A stretch of DNA of 11,994 bases from Myxococcales bacterium (GTDB taxonomy: Bacteria; Desulfobacterota; Binatia; HRBIN30), in contig JBBILD010000036.1 in the NCBI GenBank assembly GCA_037445065.1, positions 1-11,994 of the forward strand, given 5' to 3'. The notes below the pieces were generated by a model. It had not been told where the DNA came from. It was given only the letters and a program-made list of their open reading frames with translations, and did not search any database. This document shows, piece by piece, positions 7,801 through 11,994 of this stretch. Position 1 is the stretch's first letter. Each line of letters opens with the position of its first letter. A program made the position numbers and the translations under genes.

Positions 7801-7917
7801 AACCACCCGGTTGGCGCTGCCTTGGCGGCGGACGGTTCGCTTTGGATTGCCGACACCTTCAACAATCGCGTGCGCCGGATCAGTCGTTTTGTCCAAGAGT
7901 TTCTCGATCAACCCTAG
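4831..7917 (+). CDS. Secreted multidomain diheme c-type cytochrome: dockerin-like, cytochrome P460-family, 7-bladed beta-propeller, planctomycete-type cytochrome c (CX4CH) and NHL propeller domains
   Basis: Signal peptide ends AYA|S (ATG 4831, alternative GTG 4816). Dockerin-like module at 4921-5097. LPRGAVVVKEEY...RKESAGFDPQAGDWHW...CIGCH at ~5113-5475. Seven (L/F)xxVWGxxxxDVYAVG-type blades at ~5533-6400. VSFTQDIVPLL..CRNPACH..IVPGSPDRSFLLEKL..MP..LSPAEVELIRTWILEGA at 6484-6786. Six NHL repeats at ~6890-7880. Confidence 0.85.
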   Translation: MRPGLVSKLVWLSLLLRIALATPPAYASIPCTGDCSGDGEVTVDEILLAVNVALNLVPSTQCTAADRNGDEEVTVDEILAAVNAALFGCPIEPIFPANYAQTFVEVRACRFSAEHEGYSIRVLTDPSTAPLYRANANPLPRGAVVVKEEYRSPTCAPGTLVRWSVTRKESAGFDPQAGDWHWQRVASDRTVLEDGKQTCIGCHSRPACSARDFMCTEPGAPSGRMQFVLRSLPAALLSVTGTSATDVYAVGADPEGDDFGPFVLHYDGQRWRRLASGASGDLWWISNEPIDGAYYMVGERGLVLRYDHELRQFTRIVTPGNKTLFGVWGSSASNLYAVGGDPDNETGGGVLWHFDGVTWTSVDLSEALPGGVPTLFKVWGRAANDVYVVGLEGVALHYDGAQWARIPTAAPRPLFTVHGDAQRVVAVGGFAEGVIFELEGGRFIDRAMPGTPQLNGVFVGRDFSAAVGVAASLVLGDSGNWNLVDTGLNTSRDFHAVWIDPDGGVWAVGGDLSVSLAQGMIAYGGSAPVSGDFQDLSPCPPPEGTPTSSLTVSFTQDIVPLLERRGCRNPACHGGPFPSSNYDLKSYAAMFGPGILARALGTCDIVPGSPDRSFLLEKLSSSPRLGQPMPLGQAPLSPAEVELIRTWILEGAYSDEPASSPTPSPSESPEPTATPSHARSCDLPGTICTVVGTGRAIFDGDGRPGPETSVYYPWAISFDASQEPLILDANNLRLRRLAFGGVVETVMGTGNEDYPVEGALANETPLHHASDIKVDGSGRWLLAGNHVPLVYAVDPDGRVRILAGREEVGNDGDGGPARQARFTTPFGVWPDPNGGVYIADLDAHVIRYVAPSGIVSTVAGTGVPGYSGDGGPATLARLNGPARLAQDESGNLYFVETKNHVLRRVRPDGTIETVAGTGRRGYSGDGGPARLAQFDSPYDLVIAPTGDILVVDTGNSVVRRVGRNGIVTTLVGSGDPGFSGDGSDPRTCSLNHPVGAALAADGSLWIADTFNNRVRRISRFVQEFLDQP
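4921..5097 (+). other. Cys-bracketed dockerin-like domain (59 aa), copy 2
   Basis: CTGDCSGDGEVTVDE...CTAADRNGDEEVTVDE...GC has the same length and Cys positions (1, 5, 32, 59) as copy 1, with 31/59 identities by hand count. Confidence 0.78.
5113..5475 (+). other. Cytochrome P460 / c'-beta family domain
   Basis: It has the family pattern P-x-G-(A/T)-V-x-V-K-E, then K...GDW-x-(W/F/Y), and a C-terminally placed CxxCH (CIGCH, 5425-5439). Confidence 0.72.
6484..6786 (+). other. Planctomycete-type (PSCyt1-like) class I cytochrome c domain with a CX4CH motif
   Basis: VSF..DI.P.L, CRNPACH (6529-6549), IVPG.P..S.L..K, MP (Met at 6715-6717, likely distal ligand) and LS..E...I..WI..GA. Confidence 0.72.
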
Positions 7918-8737
7918 ACGCGGGGGCAGCGGGCGGGGCGTCTGCCGAAGTCGGCGTGTCGCAGTGCAACGCGTCTTGAACATACGCCGCCCCCACCACG
8001 CACTCCGCCTGCCGCGCCACCTCGCTCAGGAAGGTGGCCGGATCCGGCCCCCCGAAGAGGCCATCCGAGCAGCGCCGTTGCAACACGAGTTCCAGTCGCC
8101 GAGCCGCATCGCCCACCCGCGCCTTGCGCTCTGCGAGCAACTGATTGCGCTGGTTCGGCGGCGAGCGATGGAAGGCAAGCCAGTCGAACAGCCTGCGATA
8201 CTCGTTGGTGGCAAAACGAAGCAAGGCGAGACTTGCGCGAGCGTACGCCTCCGTGCAGGCACCTTGCGCCCCGGGAACAGCGGTGGGATCGGGAAACCAG
8301 CCTCGCACCCACCGATCCAGTTGGGAGCAGGCACGAGAGATGTCCGCTTGCGCTTCGACGAGCGCTAAAAAGCCCAACTGTACCGTGCTGCGTTCGCTGC
8401 AGTGCCTGTCGATCACGTTCAATGCCGCGCTGCGAAGCGACTCCAGGGCTTCCGCCCGCGGGAGTGGGGCACACAGGTCTCCAGTCGCCGAACCCGCTGC
8501 ACACAACGCGTACAAGCGTTGCGCCCCGACCGCGCATTGCGCGACCGCTCGTCCGATCGCACGCTGGCAAGCGAGATGAACCCTTGGGAAGTCTCCCCAG
8601 AAAAGAAACGGTAGGCGCCCGCCGTGCGCCCTGAGCTGGGAGCTGGGCATAAGCACAACAGCAACTGTGACCGCTACACACAACCACCGCGGTTGGACCA
8701 CAGGACACACGGTACTGACGCGGTGGAATGGACGCAA
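7880..8737 (-). CDS. Hypothetical secreted Cys-rich alpha-helical protein
   Basis: 285-aa ORF that fills the gap between two clear genes. It has a signal-like N-terminus (RWLCVAVTVAVVLMPSSQLRA|HGG), 10 Cys in the mature part, an Ala/Leu/Arg-rich helical pattern and an internal repeat (ACQRAIGRA..RHCSE / ACTEAYARA..RRCSD). The start is TTG 8737 or GTG 8710, and the 3' end overlaps the convergent gene by 38 bp. Confidence 0.75.
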   Translation of the reverse strand: MRPFHRVSTVCPVVQPRWLCVAVTVAVVLMPSSQLRAHGGRLPFLFWGDFPRVHLACQRAIGRAVAQCAVGAQRLYALCAAGSATGDLCAPLPRAEALESLRSAALNVIDRHCSERSTVQLGFLALVEAQADISRACSQLDRWVRGWFPDPTAVPGAQGACTEAYARASLALLRFATNEYRRLFDWLAFHRSPPNQRNQLLAERKARVGDAARRLELVLQRRCSDGLFGGPDPATFLSEVARQAECVVGAAYVQDALHCDTPTSADAPPAAPASRVDRETLGQND

Positions 8738-8787
8738 CGGTCTTTCTATCTGGCGCGACAGCGTGCCGAAGGTTAGAAGCGCGCGCC

Positions 8788-10101
8788 GTGTCCGTGCTCC
8801 CGACTCGCGCCAGACCCACCTCGCGTGAAGCGGTCCCTCAATTCGATCACTGGTTGCGGCGCCGCAAATGGTTGCGACTCAGCCGTCGGGAACGGCGGAC
8901 GGTGGCAGTGCTGGGGACTGCCAATCTCATAGACAGTTACGACATTGCGATCATGGGCCTAGCCTTGCCGCAGATCCAACAAGGGCTGGGCATCGAAGAG
9001 CAAGAGGTTGGGACGGTGGGCGCCGTAGTTCGCCTGGGCGTACTTCCAGCAGTCCTCCTCACGCTGCTCGCGGACACCTTCGGACGAAGGAGACTTTTGC
9101 TCATCACCATTCTCGGGTTCACTCTAGCCACCTTCGTCACTGCCTTTTCCCGCTCTGCGGCCGAGTTTGCAACGCTCCAGTTCCTGGCTCGTACGTTCAT
9201 TGCCGCCGAGGGGATGCTGGCCGTCGTGGTCATTGCGGAAGAATTCCGCGCTCGCCATCGCGGTTGGGGCATTGGCATTTTGTCGGCCATGGGCACCTTA
9301 GGCCACGGACTAGCCGCGCTGGTATTTTCCACCATCCACTACCTCCCGTACGGGTGGCGCGCTCTCTACGTGCTCGGAGTCGTTCCACTATTGCTCATCG
9401 CGTGGTTCCGCCGTTCCTTGCGCGAAACGCGTCGCTTCCGCAGCTTGCGCGAGCACTCTCCCGCAGCTTGGCAAGAGGCGGCGCGCCCTGTTCGCCGGTT
9501 GTTGCAGCTGTACCCAGGACGGCTGGTCGCGTTGTGCGCCGCTCTCTTCCCGCTCGCGTTCGTACTCGACACTTCTTTGATTTTTGTGTCGAAGACCCTT
9601 CAGGAAGTACACGGGTACTCTCCCGGACACGTGACGCTGTTGTTTCTCAGTATGGGAGTGGCGGCCCCAATTGGAAATCTGCTCGCCGGGGTGGTGGGAG
9701 ATCGCTGGGGTCGCAAACGAGTGCTGACCGCCGGCCTGCTCGTCAATGGTCTGTCTATCTTCGCGTTTTACCAGCTCGAAGGGATCTGGGTTCCCCTCGC
9801 ATTCGCGGCGATGCTCCTTTCCCTGAACATCGTGTCTCCGCTGTTCGCCGCTCTCGGAGCAGAGCTATTTTCTACCTCGTTTCGGTCCACGGCTTCAGGG
9901 GCGCGGCAAGTGGTGGCAACGATGGGCGGCGCCACCGGGCTCATGGTGGAAGGATGGCTGTACGGACTACTCGGTTCTCACGGCGCAGCGATTACGGCGA
10001 TGCTCCTACTCCTCCCAATCGCACCGCTCATGGTTGTCTTGTTCTTGCCGGAGACGGCGAAGCGGGAGCTGGAAGAAATCGCTCCAGAGGGGGCCGCCTA
10101 G
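8788..10101 (+). CDS. Major facilitator superfamily (MFS) transporter, aromatic acid/metabolite:H+ symporter-like
   Basis: About 12 hydrophobic segments. TM1 has DSYD, motif A occurs twice (LADTFGRRRLL, VGDRWGRKRVL), and EEFRARHRG, ELFSTSFRSTA and a C-terminal LPET are present. The ORF is open from ATG 8728; GTG 8788 is preferred because it avoids head-to-head overlap with the divergent gene. Substrate not determinable. Confidence 0.92.
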   Translation: MSVLPTRARPTSREAVPQFDHWLRRRKWLRLSRRERRTVAVLGTANLIDSYDIAIMGLALPQIQQGLGIEEQEVGTVGAVVRLGVLPAVLLTLLADTFGRRRLLLITILGFTLATFVTAFSRSAAEFATLQFLARTFIAAEGMLAVVVIAEEFRARHRGWGIGILSAMGTLGHGLAALVFSTIHYLPYGWRALYVLGVVPLLLIAWFRRSLRETRRFRSLREHSPAAWQEAARPVRRLLQLYPGRLVALCAALFPLAFVLDTSLIFVSKTLQEVHGYSPGHVTLLFLSMGVAAPIGNLLAGVVGDRWGRKRVLTAGLLVNGLSIFAFYQLEGIWVPLAFAAMLLSLNIVSPLFAALGAELFSTSFRSTASGARQVVATMGGATGLMVEGWLYGLLGSHGAAITAMLLLLPIAPLMVVLFLPETAKRELEEIAPEGAA

Positions 10102-10125
10102 CGGAAGCTTATCCGCGCGGGAGGC

Positions 10126-10184
10126 CAACGCACCGGCGGCGGCCGACTGCGACGCTTTTTCGCAGCGGGCCTGGCGGTGGGTTG
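10126..10184. terminator. Imperfect long hairpin between the convergent MFS and efp genes (possible bidirectional terminator)
   Basis: ctgcga (10147-10152) pairs with tcgcag (10160-10165), ggcc (10141-10144) with ggcc (10168-10171), caccg (10131-10135) with cggtg (10175-10179), and caac (10126-10129) with gttg (10181-10184). There is no flanking U-tract. Confidence 0.35.
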
Positions 10185-10186
10185 CG

Positions 10187-10753
10187 CTACTTGGCTCGGG
10201 ACAGATACTCGCCCGTCTCCGTGTCGACCCGAATCACGTCACCCGCTGAAATGAACGGCGGCACTTGAACCGTAGCGCCGGTCTCCACCTTGGCAGGTTT
10301 CAGCACGTTCGTCACCGTCGCCCCCTTCAGGGAAGGTTCGGTTTCGACCACTTGCAAATCCACGGTTTTGGGCAAGCTCACTCCAATCGGGCGCCCTTCG
10401 TAAAACTCTACCTGCACCTTGAGACTCGGGGTGAGGTACAGCACCGCATCACCCAAGCTTTCCCGATCCAAGGAGATTTGTTCGAATGTCTCGGTATTCA
10501 TGAAATGGTACATTCCGTCCGCTTCGTACAGGAACTCCATTTCATGTTGCTCCAGCGTCACCCGCTCGACGCGGTCCTCAGAGCGAAAGCGGTTTTCAAT
10601 TTGGGTACCCGAACGCAGGTTGCGCATCTTGGTCTGGACCATGCCTCGCCAGTTTCCTGGCGTCACGTGCACCACGTTCGAAACCCGAAACAACTCGTTT
10701 TCGTGTTTGATGATCATGCCCGCGCGAAGCTGGGTCGCAGGAATCAACGGCAT
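10187..10753 (-). CDS. efp: Translation elongation factor P
   Basis: 188 aa from ATG 10753 with AGGGAG upstream. Recognisable segments are [40 protein letters not shown]...[29 protein letters not shown] and [12 protein letters not shown]. Confidence 0.97.
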   Translation of the reverse strand: MPLIPATQLRAGMIIKHENELFRVSNVVHVTPGNWRGMVQTKMRNLRSGTQIENRFRSEDRVERVTLEQHEMEFLYEADGMYHFMNTETFEQISLDRESLGDAVLYLTPSLKVQVEFYEGRPIGVSLPKTVDLQVVETEPSLKGATVTNVLKPAKVETGATVQVPPFISAGDVIRVDTETGEYLSRAK

Positions 10754-10881
10754 CGATCGCAAAACTCCCTAGAAAATCGCTGCGCAGGGGGCCGCAGCAG
10801 GCTTGTGCTCGTAGCAGCAGCGCACTATAGGCGCAACCGCTCGCGTTGGCCCGTCGCCTTCGCGAGCGCGAGAGAGATCAT

Positions 10882-11202
10882 ATGGAATACTTTTGTGACA
10901 CCCGGGCAAAGTTACGGTTCGACGCCGCCAAGCTAGCCAAAAGCAATCTCTTCGAAACGGAGCGGATGTTTTGTGACGTGTACGGCCTCGAGCCTGGGCA
11001 AGCGCAGACCGCACACGTACATCCAAGCTCCGACAAAGTCTACTTCGTGCTTCAAGGCAGGGGCCTGTTTCAAATCGGCGCCGAGCAAACGGAACTCGAA
11101 GAAGGGTACGTGATCTTGGCCCCTGCCGGTCTGCCGCACGCGGTCTCCAACCCGGGGCCAGAGCGACTGGCCCTGCTCGTGTTCATGGCTCCGAAGCCTT
11201 GA
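10882..11202 (+). CDS. Cupin-domain protein (Cupin_2, TTHA0104-like)
   Basis: 106 aa from ATG 10882 after a purine-rich gagagag. Cupin motif 1 is GQAQTAHVHPSSDKVYFVLQG and motif 2 is GYVILAPAGLPHAVSN. It ends LLVFMAPKP. Confidence 0.9.
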   Translation: MEYFCDTRAKLRFDAAKLAKSNLFETERMFCDVYGLEPGQAQTAHVHPSSDKVYFVLQGRGLFQIGAEQTELEEGYVILAPAGLPHAVSNPGPERLALLVFMAPKP

Positions 11203-11278
11203 ACCATCTTCCTATCCAGTCGGTCCCGAGCCTAGCCAGCCAGCACACAAACCTGGAAACCGTCTCCCGGCAAGCCGG

Positions 11279-11307
11279 TTGATTTGTAGGCCGTATTTGG
11301 CCACATT
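11279..11307 (+). promoter_or_regulatory. Weak sigma70-like promoter candidate for the reductase gene
   Basis: TTGATT (11279-11284), a 17-nt spacer, then CACATT (11302-11307). The -10 match is poor. Confidence 0.2.
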
Positions 11308-11345
11308 CTCACTCCGCCACCTCCTCGAGCCAGAGGGAGAGAAGC

Positions 11346-11994
11346 ATGAAAATTAAAGAAGAACTGCGGCGCCGAGCACTCGCTGACCATGCCACCCGCG
11401 TCGAGCGATACCAAGCCGGGGCATTGACCGATGACGAATTTCGCCCGATCCGTCTCAGCTACGGCTTGTACTACCAGCTCGACCATACGAGCCACATGCA
11501 ACGGATCAAGCTGCCCGCGGGGGTCATGACTGCGGAGCAAGCGCGTGCCATCGCGAAGGTGGCGGAAGAGTACGCGCGGGGCGTCCTCCATGTGACGACC
11601 CGGCAAGACATTCAGTTGCACTGGGTCGAGTTGAACAACGTCATTCCCATGTATGAGCGCCTGCACGCGGTTGGGATCTCAAGCCGTGGCGCCTGCTCGG
11701 ACAGCATCCGCAACATCACGGGCTGCTTCCATTCGGGCCTGCTGGCCGGCGAACCTTTTGACATTATCCCGTACGTGTTCGCGCTGAACGAATACTTCCT
11801 GTTCCATCCTCTCAATCTGACTCTGCCACGCAAATTCAAGATTTCGTTCTCCAGTTGCGCCTACGACTGCGTGCAAGGTCCCGTGAATGACATTGCTTTC
11901 TACCCGCACGTCCGCGATGGCCAGCCCGGGTTCCGTGTACTTGCCGGCGGCGGGCTCGGGGCGCAACCCTTCCTTGCCAAACCTGTGCAAGACT
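11346..11994 (+). CDS. Nitrite/sulfite reductase, siroheme-[4Fe-4S] hemoprotein (NirA/SirA/CysI-like), 3'-truncated
   Basis: Not in the ORF track because it has no stop in the window. Manual translation from ATG 11346 (SD gagggag) gives MKIKEELRRR...EFRPIRLSYGLYYQ...MQRIKLPAGVMT...LHVTTRQDIQLHWV...GACSDSIRNITGC...LPRKFKISFSSC...NDIAF...GFRVLAGGGLG. TTRQ, RN, LPRKFK and GGGLG are hallmark motifs. Confidence 0.93.
   Translation, partial: MKIKEELRRRALADHATRVERYQAGALTDDEFRPIRLSYGLYYQLDHTSHMQRIKLPAGVMTAEQARAIAKVAEEYARGVLHVTTRQDIQLHWVELNNVIPMYERLHAVGISSRGACSDSIRNITGCFHSGLLAGEPFDIIPYVFALNEYFLFHPLNLTLPRKFKISFSSCAYDCVQGPVNDIAFYPHVRDGQPGFRVLAGGGLGAQPFLAKPVQD

Noticed and set aside
2640..7880. Recurring tacagcggcgacggcgg-like DNA repeats resembling a CRISPR or repeat array
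   Set aside because: They are degenerate at third codon positions and encode the GYSGDGGPA motif of NHL repeats within ORFs.
1..7917. The first four genes are all in frame +1, separated only by single stops (TAA 928, TAA 2329, TGA 4807), which suggests readthrough or a broken giant gene
   Set aside because: Each downstream ORF has its own signal peptide or lipobox, TAA is a poor readthrough codon, and the spacers are short and GC-rich. Three same-frame junctions arise by chance about 1 time in 27.
2353..7917. Teneurin/RHS-YD toxin system suggested by the NHL propellers
   Set aside because: No YD/RHS repeats, RHS core motif, toxin tip or immunity gene is visible.
7914..8819. Alternative long ORFs over the minus-strand gene (7914-8819 minus, 7589-8368 plus)
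   Set aside because: They have Arg/Gly/Ser-rich shadow-frame composition with no motifs. The 7880-8737 frame has a signal peptide and patterned Cys.
8868..10268. 466-aa plus-strand ORF overlapping the MFS gene
   Set aside because: It is an Arg/Ser/Pro-rich off-frame translation typical of high-GC DNA, and it also overlaps efp.
10824..10852. TATAGT -10 element on the minus strand for efp
   Set aside because: There is no acceptable -35 or extended -10 at the right spacing, so it is too weak to call.
11203..11345. SAM riboswitch, FNR box or Rrf2 site upstream of the reductase
   Set aside because: Only a TTGAT half-site is present, with no matching ATCAA. I see no clear palindrome or riboswitch consensus.
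11232..11990. Minus-strand ORFs 11232-11666, 11612-11839 and 11679-11990
   Set aside because: They are antisense shadows of the nitrite/sulfite reductase on the plus strand.
5113..11994. A nitrogen-oxide pathway linking the P460-like domain with the nitrite/sulfite reductase
   Set aside because: They are separated by unrelated genes on both strands (MFS, efp) and act in different compartments, and the reductase may be sulfite-specific. Nothing in the window supports co-regulation.

Overview
GC-rich bacterial window with two parts. Positions 1-8737 hold a cluster of predicted secreted, Cys-rich modular proteins: (i) the 3' end of a Pro/Thr-linker protein, (ii) a probable lipoprotein with a Pro/Thr stalk and an Ig-like domain, (iii) a protein with a dockerin-like domain and two NHL beta-propellers, (iv) a ~1030-aa fusion of dockerin-like, cytochrome P460-like (CxxCH), 7-blade propeller, planctomycete-type cytochrome c (CX4CH) and NHL propeller modules, and (v) a convergent Cys-rich helical protein whose mature form may begin with His. 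Positions 8788-11994 look like core genes: an MFS transporter, elongation factor P with a non-canonical Asn34 (TPGNWRG) loop, a TTHA0104-like cupin, and the 5' part of a siroheme nitrite/sulfite reductase that the ORF track misses. The Cys-bracketed dockerin-like modules resemble those I associate with Candidatus Binatia (Binatota), which is an inference only. The best candidate for an undescribed system is a dockerin-assembled, surface-tethered heme/metal redox complex. All domain calls come from motif recognition by eye, not from database searches. I saw no RNA genes, CRISPR arrays or mobile elements.
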